Origin: Candidatus Woesebacteria bacterium
GTDB taxonomy: Bacteria; Patescibacteriota; Microgenomatia; UBA1406; HO2-37-13b
Assembly: GCA_018062605.1 (NCBI GenBank)
Contig: JAGORW010000002.1
Coordinates: 1-37,073 of the forward strand
DNA length: 37,073 nt
Direction of reading: 5' to 3'
Part shown: positions 25,758 through 33,975 of the stretch, piece by piece
How positions within the stretch are numbered: position 1 is the first letter of the stretch
Layout of the letters: each line of letters opens with the position of its first letter
Notes under the pieces: model-generated
Told to the model about the DNA's origin: nothing
Database searches by the model: none
The model's input: only the letters and a program-made list of their open reading frames with translations
Program-made: the position numbers and the translations under genes

Positions 25758-26096
25758 ATGATTATCACCAAGGATTCTCCTTTTACCTCAGACGAAATAG
25801 AGCAACTCAAGGAACAGTTTACCTTTTATATTAAGACCGTCATTGATTTACAGAAGAAGGTTTGTTCAGCAGGAATGAATCGTCATTTCGAAGGTGAAGA
25901 GGTTTTACTTCAACAAGGTTCAAAACAAAGTGATATTTGGGGTGGGGGTATTGATTTAGAAACTCAGGAGATTGACTTCAATTCATTCATAAATATTCGG
26001 CCGACCGATGGTAATATGAAAAATGAGATTCAAAATGAATCGATCAGATCTCAATATAAGGAGCTTACTGAATATTTTTTTAAAGAAATAGTATGA
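25758..26096 (+). CDS. small conserved-looking hypothetical protein (112 aa)
   Basis: ORF with its own -10 box. No family is securely recognised. Confidence 0.5.
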   Translation: MIITKDSPFTSDEIEQLKEQFTFYIKTVIDLQKKVCSAGMNRHFEGEEVLLQQGSKQSDIWGGGIDLETQEIDFNSFINIRPTDGNMKNEIQNESIRSQYKELTEYFFKEIV

Positions 26097-26383
26097 ATGA
26101 AACTAATTCAGAAACACATATGCTGATTGGATCTCTTTCTAACGACCTTTTCAGAGTTGCAACTTTATCTCAGAGAGGATCAAACCAAGCTGCAGAGAGA
26201 TTCCTGTTGGAAGCGAAGCGATGGGCTAAGCCACTTCTAGATAAAAAGATTGCACCTTATATTGTAGATATTGCTCTAGATATATCTGAAAGAGATATTC
26301 ATGATATTGAACTTGAATCTGCTGAAAGATATCTTATGTATGGGATACTTTTACAGAATTATTCTCTGCACTACAAGGTCTGA
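26093..26383 (+). CDS. small hypothetical protein (96 aa)
   Basis: ATGA overlap with the upstream ORF. The 3' end overlaps the pheT 3' end by 13 nt (convergent). Confidence 0.45.
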   Translation: MNETNSETHMLIGSLSNDLFRVATLSQRGSNQAAERFLLEAKRWAKPLLDKKIAPYIVDIALDISERDIHDIELESAERYLMYGILLQNYSLHYKV

Positions 26384-28233
26384 GTATATTCCACAATCTT
26401 CTCTCTCACTGGCTGCACATCCTTTTCTGAAAGAGTGTTTTCTACACTGCCATAGCTGACACGAATAAGATATTCATTTTTACCTTCTTGTCCAATATCT
26501 TGAGTGGAAACATATTCTGCAGAATAAATCAACGGATCAATATTCTTGATTTTACCAAGTAAGGTTTCAACATCTGTTCCCACAGGTACAACAAGTGCAA
26601 AGTCATGATAGATAAATTGAATTGGAGTTGAAAGAAGTTTTGAAGAGTAGGAGGCACCTTTTTCTACAATTTTTTCAAGAGAAATTGAAGCAAAGTATGT
26701 TGATTCAGACAATGGCACAATTGTTACAAACGTTGCTTCAAAAGCATAGCCAAGTCGATTTAAAAGAGCCTCACAGTCGCCTTTTATCTCAGCGTATGTG
26801 TGAGTGCCTGATGTAATGCATCCAAGCACTCGTTCTTCAACATATGCATCCTCTTCTTTAAAATAGATCTTTCCTACTTCAAACAATCGAATATCCTTTT
26901 GTCTAAATTTGGATCGCTGAGTTGCAGCGTTTTGAAGTGAATGTTGAAGAGTGGTGCGAAGCATGCGCTTCTCGCTTGTCAAAGAATTTTCCAACATAAT
27001 TGCCTCACGAGAAGATACTGGTTCATCAGTAATGGGCTCAGTGATTACTTCGTCGTAACCCATTGCAATAAACAAATCCCTGGCTGCTTCTTCAATTTCA
27101 AATATTTTTGATTGAATGGAAACTGGCGGGGCTGAATGGGGCAAGACTTCAGGAATTTTGTCATATCCGTATAGACGAATTACTTCTTCAACAAGGTCTG
27201 CTTCTTGTTCCAGATCTGTTCTAAAATATGGAACAGTTGCGAAGAGTTCCTCGTTAGAAGTTTTTTCATGAGAAATCTCAAGCGAGTTTAGAATTTTTGA
27301 AGCTTCATCCATTGAAACGTCCACGCCACACAATCTTTTCACCTCTGAAATATGAAGTGTTACTTTTCCCTCTTCAGGCTTTAAAGGGTATGTATCCGTG
27401 GCATCAACCAAAGTCCCCCCTGCAAGCTCCTGAACAAGATGTAAGGCGCGTTTTAAGGCAATTTCAACTAAGTATGGATGAATGAACTTTTCGAGTCGTG
27501 TCGAGGCTTCTGTGCGGATATTGTGCCTTCGAGATGATCGACGAACGCTCCCTTGATTGTAAACAGCTGCTTCCAAAATAATAGAGGTTGTCTCCGGATG
27601 CACACTTTTTTCTTCACCTCCCATTAACGCCCCAAAGCCAATTGGTCCGGTAGCATCTGCATGAACAATATCATCTTCGGTAAATGACACATGCTTCCCT
27701 CCAAACAACACCAGCGATTCACCTTGATGAGCATGTCGAATAATAATATGCTTGTCAGCAACTTTGTCGGCATCATATGCATGAAGAGGCATGCCAAGCT
27801 CCGTTGCAACATAATTGGTTATATCAACCACGTTATTTATCGACTTAATGCCATATGCAGCAAGTCTTTTTTTCATCCAATCGGGTGACTCTTTTACTTC
27901 TATTCCTTCAAATGTTAATCCAAGAAATCGTGGACAGAGTTCTGGTTCTGGAATCTCAATACGCGTTTTACCTTTTGATTCACCAAGGCTCTCAGCGCTT
28001 TCTGGCAACTTAATTGGTCTTCCAAGAGCGGCTCCTAATTCACGAGCAAGTCCAATCAACGACAAACAATCTGACCTGTTTTGTCGAACTTCCAAATCTA
28101 TAACAGTATCCCCTTCTACTTGCGTAATTGGTCGATCAAGCATGTAGCCAATCGACGTAAAGACCCTCGCGACTTCTTCAGGCGATTCTGTAATGTCGAT
28201 ATACTCTTTGAGCCAATTAACTGGAACTATCAT
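26371..28233 (-). CDS. pheT: phenylalanine--tRNA ligase beta subunit (short form)
   Basis: 620 aa. N-terminus MIVPVNWLKEYI, B3/4 and B5 domains, C-terminal FDX-ACB-like domain. The EMAP/OB tRNA-binding insert of long PheT appears absent. Confidence 0.9.
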   Translation of the reverse strand: MIVPVNWLKEYIDITESPEEVARVFTSIGYMLDRPITQVEGDTVIDLEVRQNRSDCLSLIGLARELGAALGRPIKLPESAESLGESKGKTRIEIPEPELCPRFLGLTFEGIEVKESPDWMKKRLAAYGIKSINNVVDITNYVATELGMPLHAYDADKVADKHIIIRHAHQGESLVLFGGKHVSFTEDDIVHADATGPIGFGALMGGEEKSVHPETTSIILEAAVYNQGSVRRSSRRHNIRTEASTRLEKFIHPYLVEIALKRALHLVQELAGGTLVDATDTYPLKPEEGKVTLHISEVKRLCGVDVSMDEASKILNSLEISHEKTSNEELFATVPYFRTDLEQEADLVEEVIRLYGYDKIPEVLPHSAPPVSIQSKIFEIEEAARDLFIAMGYDEVITEPITDEPVSSREAIMLENSLTSEKRMLRTTLQHSLQNAATQRSKFRQKDIRLFEVGKIYFKEEDAYVEERVLGCITSGTHTYAEIKGDCEALLNRLGYAFEATFVTIVPLSESTYFASISLEKIVEKGASYSSKLLSTPIQFIYHDFALVVPVGTDVETLLGKIKNIDPLIYSAEYVSTQDIGQEGKNEYLIRVSYGSVENTLSEKDVQPVREKIVEYTQTL

Positions 28234-29246
28234 AAGCTATCTTCAAAAACTAATGCACCGCTATATAATTTTCGGATGTCTGTGATGCCATATTTATGCA
28301 TAACTAATCTGTCTAACCCGAGTCCAAATGCAAATCCAGAATATTCTTTTGGATCAATCCCGCAAGCTTTGAGAGTGTTAGGATGAACCATTCCAGATCC
28401 AAGTACTTCTACCCAACCGCGATATTTACACACTTGGCAACCAACGCCTGTGCAAAAAGAACATTGAATATCCATACCTGCGCCCGGCTCTACTTCAGGA
28501 TAATATTTACATCGAATACGTGTTTTTACATCGTTTCCATACAAAAATCGCAAAAATGCATTCAATGTCCCACGCAAATTCGCCATGCTGATATCTTTAT
28601 CAACACACAGGCCTTGATACTGATAGAAAATAGAATTATTTGTAGTGCTTGAGGTTTCGTTTCGATAGACTTTTCCTGGTGTGACAATTCGGATAGGTGG
28701 TTTTTCATCTGTTAATGCATGTGCTTCAACAGACGATGTTTGAGTTCTCAGTAACCATTCAGGTTCAGAAATATAGAGTGTATCTTGTAAATCTCGAGCT
28801 GGATGATCCATAGGAACATTCAATTTTTCAAAACAGTATTCATCTGTTTCAATTTCAGGTCCTTCGTAGACGCTAAAACCCAGATATTTAAAAAAGCTGT
28901 TGATATCGCGAATAGTTTGGGTAGTTGGATGGAGATGTCCAATGCGAGGCTTTATTCCAGGAAGAGACGTGTTGATGCTTTTGAGAAGGTCTTCAGATCG
29001 CTTTGCGGATAATTCACCCTTTTTAGTTTCAACTGCAGCTTCAATTTCCCCTTTAACTCCATTAATTTTCTGCCCCAAAGCCTTAACGTCTTCAACAGAT
29101 AAACCCTTCATCCTCCCAAAAAGCCCATTGATATGCCCTTTTCTACCAAGATATTCGATTGAGAGATTTTGAAGAGATTCAAGGCTTATTACGGCCTTCA
29201 AAGAAGCATGAAAATTACTCTGTAGCTTTTTCAACTCGTCATCCAT
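28230..29246 (-). CDS. pheS: phenylalanine--tRNA ligase alpha subunit
   Basis: 338 aa. Class II motifs (HPARDLQDT, GKVYRNE, GFAFGLGLDRL). Confidence 0.95.
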   Translation of the reverse strand: MDDELKKLQSNFHASLKAVISLESLQNLSIEYLGRKGHINGLFGRMKGLSVEDVKALGQKINGVKGEIEAAVETKKGELSAKRSEDLLKSINTSLPGIKPRIGHLHPTTQTIRDINSFFKYLGFSVYEGPEIETDEYCFEKLNVPMDHPARDLQDTLYISEPEWLLRTQTSSVEAHALTDEKPPIRIVTPGKVYRNETSSTTNNSIFYQYQGLCVDKDISMANLRGTLNAFLRFLYGNDVKTRIRCKYYPEVEPGAGMDIQCSFCTGVGCQVCKYRGWVEVLGSGMVHPNTLKACGIDPKEYSGFAFGLGLDRLVMHKYGITDIRKLYSGALVFEDSL

Positions 29247-29252
29247 GAGAAG

Positions 29253-29261
29253 ATTGTACCA
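29253..29261 (-). promoter_or_regulatory. extended -10 TGgTACAAT inside the 18-bp rplT-pheS spacer, 6 nt upstream of the pheS ATG
   Basis: The minus strand reads TGGTACAAT-CTTCTC-ATG. Confidence 0.4.
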
Positions 29262-29264
29262 GTC

Positions 29265-29609
29265 TTACTTGAGTTGTTCTACCATGTTTTTGAACACTCC
29301 TGGTTTTTCTGCAGCAAAATATGCCATGATCTTTCGATCAATCACGATATTTTTGGATTTGAGAATATGAATGAAGGAGCTGTATGTGACGCCCATTTCG
29401 CGCAAAGCTGCATTCATACGAGTAATCCACAGTCTGCGGAAATCTCGCTTGCGGAGTTTACGGCCTGTAAAGGCGTATTCACCAGCATGAAGCACTGATT
29501 CCTGTGCGACTTTAAATCTACGTCGGCGAGCCATCTTAAAACCTTTTGCAAGGTCTAAAACCACTTTGTGACGTCTTTTTGTTATTGGGCCTCTTTTTAT
29601 TCTTACCAT
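29265..29609 (-). CDS. rplT: 50S ribosomal protein L20
   Basis: MVRIKRGPITKRRHKVVLDLAKGF... Confidence 0.95.
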   Translation of the reverse strand: MVRIKRGPITKRRHKVVLDLAKGFKMARRRRFKVAQESVLHAGEYAFTGRKLRKRDFRRLWITRMNAALREMGVTYSSFIHILKSKNIVIDRKIMAYFAAEKPGVFKNMVEQLK

Positions 29610-29627
29610 ACAATTATGAAAAACCTA

Positions 29628-29828
29628 TTATACACCAAGCATTTGCTTAATCTTCTTCTTCATGCGGCCAACTACTTCTTTTGGAATAGCTTGGGCACGA
29701 AGTCGTCGATTTGATTTATTAGATCGAATATGGCGAACGCCATGTCCTCGATGTAATACTTTACCAGTCGCTGTGATTTTAAATCTTTTTGCAACTGCCT
29801 TTCGTGTTTTTTGTTTTGCTCCTGCCAT
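29628..29828 (-). CDS. rpmI: 50S ribosomal protein L35
   Basis: MAGAKQKTRKAVAKRFKITATGKVLHRGHGVRH. Confidence 0.95.
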   Translation of the reverse strand: MAGAKQKTRKAVAKRFKITATGKVLHRGHGVRHIRSNKSNRRLRAQAIPKEVVGRMKKKIKQMLGV

Positions 29829-29829
29829 G

Positions 29830-30366
29830 TTATTTCTTTTTAACTATAACAGCGAATACCACTCTCCCCTGAAACTTCGGAGGAACAGCGACAATCGCAT
29901 CTTCAATTTTATCAATAAATGACTTAATAAGTACAAAAGCCATATCTTTCTTACCCATTTCACGTCCATGTAAAACAAGTTTCACACGCACTTGAAATCC
30001 TTCAGTAAGAAATTCTTGAGCTTTTTTTGCCAAGCGGACAAGATCTCCATCACCTATAAAAAGTGAAATTTGAATATCTTTTGTTCCGCCTTTTTTTTGG
30101 CCTTTCTTGCTTTCCTTATTTTTCTTTTCCTCTTGATAGAGGAATTTATGATAGTCGATTGCTTTCACCACTGGCGGTTTGGCCTGTGCAGCAATCAAAA
30201 CCAAGTCTACTTCGTGCTCTTTTGCATACGCAAGTGCTTCTTCGCGATTTACAAGACCAATCTGTTCACTTTGATCATCAATCAACCGGAATTCGTCGCC
30301 CTTAATTCTTTCGTTGGTAATATGTCTATTCCAGTTTTGTTGTGGTCTTCTTTGATCTGATCTCAT
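29830..30366 (-). CDS. infC: translation initiation factor IF-3
   Basis: ITNERIKGDEFRLIDDQSEQIGLV...VDLVLIA. The start is uncertain: ATG at 30396 or 30366 (both overlap thrS), or the in-frame ATT at 30321, 4 nt after the thrS stop. Confidence 0.9.
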   Translation of the reverse strand: MRSDQRRPQQNWNRHITNERIKGDEFRLIDDQSEQIGLVNREEALAYAKEHEVDLVLIAAQAKPPVVKAIDYHKFLYQEEKKNKESKKGQKKGGTKDIQISLFIGDGDLVRLAKKAQEFLTEGFQVRVKLVLHGREMGKKDMAFVLIKSFIDKIEDAIVAVPPKFQGRVVFAVIVKKK

Positions 30367-32152
30367 ATAGTAAATCCTTGACGAAAGCACTGACATGTGT
30401 CATGCCATAATCTTTCCCTTCCCGTGTTCGATATGAAACATACAATTCATCAGCTGATGCCTGCTGGGACATATCTTTGTGAAGTTGAGATTTTTGCGCT
30501 TCAGTATCGCCAATTATACACATATACGGAACCTTTTGCAATGTCCATTGGCGGATTTTTGCACCAAGAGTCTTGCTGTCCGAATCATATATAACACGAA
30601 TCCCTTCTTCCTTTAAAGCCTGTTCAACTGCTAATGCTAATCCGTCGTGCTTTTCACTAACTGGCAAAATAGCAACTTGAACTGGTGCAAGCCATGTTGG
30701 GAACGCTCCAGCAAAATGTTCAATTAATACTGACGTAAAGCGCTCAATGGATCCCATAATTGCGGCATGAATCATCACTATGCGCTCCTGTTCACCTTGC
30801 TCATTGATACAATACAGGTCAAATCGCTCTGGCATATTTGAATCGAGTTGGATTGTTGCAACTTGCCATTCTCTTCCTAATGAATCATATGACATAAAGT
30901 CAATCTTTGGACCATAGAATGCCGCTTCACCAGAAGCTTCATAAAATTCAGCATCATTTTTCTTCAAAACATTGCGCAGAATATCTTCAACGCGTAGCCA
31001 TTCATCTTCAGTTCCAAGATACGCACCCATATTATTGCTATCATGCAACGACAATCGCATCTTTAATGTAAATCCAAATGAACCGTAAAACTTCTGAACA
31101 ATATCCCAGACAGCCATAATTTCATCTTCCAACTGAGATACGCGGCAGAATACATGTGCGTCGTCTTGCGTAAGTGAGCGAACTCGAGAAAGTCCTGAAA
31201 GCTCCCCTGTTTGTTCATCTCTGTAGCACATGGTTGTTTCACAATAGCGCTGCGGCAAGTCTTTATAGCTATGTTGCTCTGAATTATAGATTTGTGTATG
31301 ATGCGGACAATTCATAGGCTTCATCGCAAAAACATGCCCTTCTCGAGTGGTTACTTTGAAAAGTTCATCGCCAAACTTCTCCCAATGACCACTTTTTTCA
31401 TAGAGATCTTTCTTGGTGATGTGAGGAATGACAACCTTCTGATAGCCTTTCTCCTGACGAAGTTTCCACACAAAATCCTCTAATAGATTTCGCACAAGTG
31501 TGCCTTTTGGTGTCCAAAGCGGCAGGCCAGACCCAACTAAATCGGAAAACGTGAAAAGACCAAGTTGACGGCCAAGTATTTTATGATCACGCTTTTTAGC
31601 TTCCTCAATGTTTTTTAGATATGCTTGAAGATCTTCATCTGAAAGAAAAGCAGTGCCATAAATACGAGTGAGCATTTTATTTTTCTCGTCACCACGCCAA
31701 TATGCACCAGCAACCGAAAGCAGTTTAAAATGCTGTAATTCTTCCTTTGGGTTATCCACATGACCACCTCTGCACAAATCAGTAAAAGATCCTGCTGTAA
31801 AAAGTGAAATATCATCACCTTGTTCTGCGATGCCATTAATCATTTCAAGCTTGTACTCATTATTTTTATAGAGTTCGCGCGCTTCATCTGCAGAAACAAT
31901 TTTGCTCTCAAAAGATCCCCATGAGGTGATGAGTCTCTTCATGACTTTTTCAATTCTAGGAAAATCATTTTCGGAAATTGGCTCGACAAAGTCAAAATCA
32001 TAGTAAAAACCATCCTGAATTGGAGGCCCTAGAGTCAGCTTTGTATCGGGGTAGAGCTCTAAAATTGCAGCGGCAAGTAAATGAGCTGCCGAGTGCCTTA
32101 AATTGTCTAAATGTTCAATATTATGCGCGTCCATGATTGTATTATAGTTCAA
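30326..32152 (-). CDS. thrS: threonine--tRNA ligase (no N-terminal TGS domain)
   Basis: 608 aa from TTG at 32152 (alternative ATG at 32134). The editing-domain HSAAHLL motif sits at residue 20. Class II core and anticodon-binding domain present. Confidence 0.95.
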   Translation of the reverse strand: MNYNTIMDAHNIEHLDNLRHSAAHLLAAAILELYPDTKLTLGPPIQDGFYYDFDFVEPISENDFPRIEKVMKRLITSWGSFESKIVSADEARELYKNNEYKLEMINGIAEQGDDISLFTAGSFTDLCRGGHVDNPKEELQHFKLLSVAGAYWRGDEKNKMLTRIYGTAFLSDEDLQAYLKNIEEAKKRDHKILGRQLGLFTFSDLVGSGLPLWTPKGTLVRNLLEDFVWKLRQEKGYQKVVIPHITKKDLYEKSGHWEKFGDELFKVTTREGHVFAMKPMNCPHHTQIYNSEQHSYKDLPQRYCETTMCYRDEQTGELSGLSRVRSLTQDDAHVFCRVSQLEDEIMAVWDIVQKFYGSFGFTLKMRLSLHDSNNMGAYLGTEDEWLRVEDILRNVLKKNDAEFYEASGEAAFYGPKIDFMSYDSLGREWQVATIQLDSNMPERFDLYCINEQGEQERIVMIHAAIMGSIERFTSVLIEHFAGAFPTWLAPVQVAILPVSEKHDGLALAVEQALKEEGIRVIYDSDSKTLGAKIRQWTLQKVPYMCIIGDTEAQKSQLHKDMSQQASADELYVSYRTREGKDYGMTHVSAFVKDLLYEIRSKKTTTKLE

Positions 32153-32173
32153 ATAATAAATGTTATGTGCTAT

Positions 32174-32195
32174 AAAAAAACCCGCCTGAGCGGGT
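32174..32195 (-). terminator. intrinsic terminator inside the thrS leader
   Basis: The minus strand reads ACCCGC-TCAG-GCGGGT followed by T7. Confidence 0.7.
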
Positions 32196-32218
32196 CACCT
32201 AGCACAGTAACACCGCCC

Positions 32219-32263
32219 TTACGGGTTGGTAGTTGTGGCGCTGTGCAGGGTTTCGATATCCAT
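32219..32263 (-). CDS. candidate leader peptide MDIETLHSATTTNP
   Basis: ATG lies 7 nt after TATAAT. Codons 10-12 are ACA ACT ACC (Thr x3) and codon 5 is ACC. The TAA stop abuts GGGCGGT. Confidence 0.4.
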   Translation of the reverse strand: MDIETLHSATTTNP

Positions 32264-32277
32264 TTAAGGTATTATAC

Positions 32278-32304
32278 AAAAAAAGGGACAAGTTTCCTTG
32301 TCCC
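32278..32304 (-). terminator. Rho-independent terminator of the CPBP protease gene
   Basis: The minus strand reads GGGACAAG-GAAA-CTTGTCCC followed by T7, which runs directly into GTATAAT. Confidence 0.75.
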
Positions 32305-32332
32305 CAAAACGAATATATTTGATATAACTTCT

Positions 32333-32926
32333 TTACACCCCAAAAGTGTTATTAATTTGTATCAAAAGTAGCGTCATAACAGCGATCACATTATATTGGA
32401 AATGTGCCTGTGAAGAAAGCCTTATCCCACCTTTAAAGTATTTAAATGTAAAATACATACCCGGAATTGTAATTGCAAGTCCAATACCAATTGGCACACC
32501 AACTACACAATGAACTAAACCGAAGCATATGCTCCGCACTGTTCCATCAAGCCAATTATTAGTTCCTTCTCGAAAGATTTTCTCCTCTGTTTCTGCGAGT
32601 GCCGGTAGCACAGCAAGCAGAAGTATGATGATTGCTTTACCAAAATACGGAATATCTGAACCAGCTAAATTTATATTTGCTCCTTGAACATTGAATATGT
32701 TTAACCAACTGAAGTCCATAATCTTTGGGTTTAGGCTTCTTATTGCAACAGACGAGCTTACAGTAACAATAAAGAGAAGAGCCATTTCACCCATAAGCTT
32801 CCAACTTATCGAAAAGTAGTAATCTTTCAAAATTTTACGTTCTCTTATTATGATTTGGATCATAATATACACATTGAATAAGATAAAAGCGTACTTAATG
32901 AATAAGCCAACATGCTCAGGTATCAT
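32333..32926 (-). CDS. CPBP-family intramembrane glutamic endopeptidase (CAAX protease-like)
   Basis: Motifs EEKIFREG (EExxxR), FGLVH (FxxxH) and HFQYN (HxxxN) in a multi-TM protein. Confidence 0.8.
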   Translation of the reverse strand: MIPEHVGLFIKYAFILFNVYIMIQIIIRERKILKDYYFSISWKLMGEMALLFIVTVSSSVAIRSLNPKIMDFSWLNIFNVQGANINLAGSDIPYFGKAIIILLLAVLPALAETEEKIFREGTNNWLDGTVRSICFGLVHCVVGVPIGIGLAITIPGMYFTFKYFKGGIRLSSQAHFQYNVIAVMTLLLIQINNTFGV

Positions 32927-33213
32927 GACTCCTTCTTTCTTCGGTTGAGACGAGGTTATTCTTTGCAGAATCTACGATTAATCAAATATGTGAACGAACG
33001 ATGCATAATGCCATATTTTCGGAGCATCAATCAAGATGAAATCAGCCTAGATAGTATATCATATTGCATCAAGGCGAATGAATTTAATTGTATGAGAAGA
33101 AATAAAAAGATGAGTGGAATATCTATTCACAAAAGGACTTGAATCCAGCTTTGTGCTGGACAAGCCAAAAGCTGGATAAACATCAGGCCTTTGTCCAGAA
33201 GTATATAAAGTTG

Positions 33214-33287
33214 TGGTCGCTACAGGACTTGAACCTGTGACCTTTGCAATGTCAATGCAACGCTCTAGCCAGCTGAGCTAAGCGACC
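33214..33287 (-). tRNA. tRNA-Val (anticodon GAC)
   Basis: Hand-folded cloverleaf: acceptor GGTCGCT/AGCGACC, D stem GCTC/GAGC, anticodon stem TTGCA/TGCAA with loop TTGACAT, T arm ACAGG-TTCAAGT-CCTGT. CCA is not encoded. Confidence 0.9.
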
Positions 33288-33296
33288 GTAAAAAGT

Positions 33297-33305
33297 ATTA
33301 TAGCA
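33297..33305 (-). promoter_or_regulatory. extended -10 TGcTATAAT, 9 nt upstream of the tRNA-Val 5' end
   Basis: Same GTGCTATAAT decamer as upstream of tRNA-Leu. Confidence 0.5.
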
Positions 33306-33367
33306 CAGACCTCACTGTGAGATCGAATATATGTTACAAAGTGCCGCAATCTTCCAAACATGAGTAA

Positions 33368-33901
33368 TTACTTTTTGATCAAAGTGAGCAGTTCGACTTT
33401 CAATCCTTCGGCAGTATTTTTGTCAACACCGTCGATGTGAGCAAGTTGGCTTGATGTAAAAGTCGCACTAGAGAGATGAACATCATACAAACCCAAGACT
33501 CGATCAAGCGTATCTTGGCTTATGTATATATCCTGAATTTTGTCATATGCAAAAATTACTTCATTTCTTGCTATTGTTCCTTTTCGGATTATGATGTGCT
33601 CGGGAGTAAAATCATAGTAATACGTTTTAAAATACCATAGTTGGTTTAAGTAAGAAGCACCGACCCACAGTACGATGATACCTAATAAAGCTTGCATATC
33701 CCAAGACTTGAATATGCTGAAGAAATTTACAAGAATTTCAAGATAGCCTCTCTCATAAGAGTCGCCTGAATATGTAAAGAATGCAATGGACGGAACAATT
33801 AAGAACAGTGCTAGAATCGTATACAAATGAGACTCAAATACCTTTTTATGAATTTTACGTGTACTTAAAGGGTATTTTAAGCGAGTTGTACTGTAAGGCA
33901 T
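33368..33901 (-). CDS. membrane-anchored bacterial PH-domain protein (bPH_2, YdbS/YdbT-like)
   Basis: Two TM helices followed by FTPEHIIIRKGTIARNEVIFAYDKIQDIYISQDTLDRVLGLYDVHL. Confidence 0.7.
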   Translation of the reverse strand: MPYSTTRLKYPLSTRKIHKKVFESHLYTILALFLIVPSIAFFTYSGDSYERGYLEILVNFFSIFKSWDMQALLGIIVLWVGASYLNQLWYFKTYYYDFTPEHIIIRKGTIARNEVIFAYDKIQDIYISQDTLDRVLGLYDVHLSSATFTSSQLAHIDGVDKNTAEGLKVELLTLIKK

Positions 33902-33975
33902 ATACTCGTAAGTATAGGAGCATTTTGAAGGAAAAACAATATATCTGAAGCCTTATAGCAAAAAACACAGCTGGA

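Larger units (their letters stand above)
32153..32276 (-). promoter_or_regulatory. thrS leader: promoter, Thr-codon leader peptide, alternative hairpins and intrinsic terminator (candidate attenuator)
   Basis: TATAAT at 32276-32271, a 14-codon ORF at 32263-32219, and a terminator at 32195-32174, 21 nt before the thrS start. See findings. Confidence 0.5.

Noticed and set aside
32153-32276. T-box riboswitch or E. coli-type tRNA-mimic operator upstream of thrS.
   Set aside because: The leader is too short (about 110 nt) and lacks the T-box core AGGGTGGNACCGCG. The CCCGUAA stretch that resembles a tRNA-Thr(CGU) anticodon loop does not sit in a 7-nt loop closed by a good stem; it folds as CCC-GUAA-GGG instead.
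32912-33142. 76-aa plus-strand ORF in the CPBP / tRNA-Val intergenic region.
   Set aside because: Cys/Arg-rich odd composition and no start signals. It overlaps the likely promoter region of the CPBP gene.
33136-33150. GGATTCAAGTCC resembling a tRNA T-arm, suggesting a second tRNA or tRNA remnant after tRNA-Val.
   Set aside because: No acceptor, D or anticodon arms can be drawn around it, and the stem is only 3 bp.
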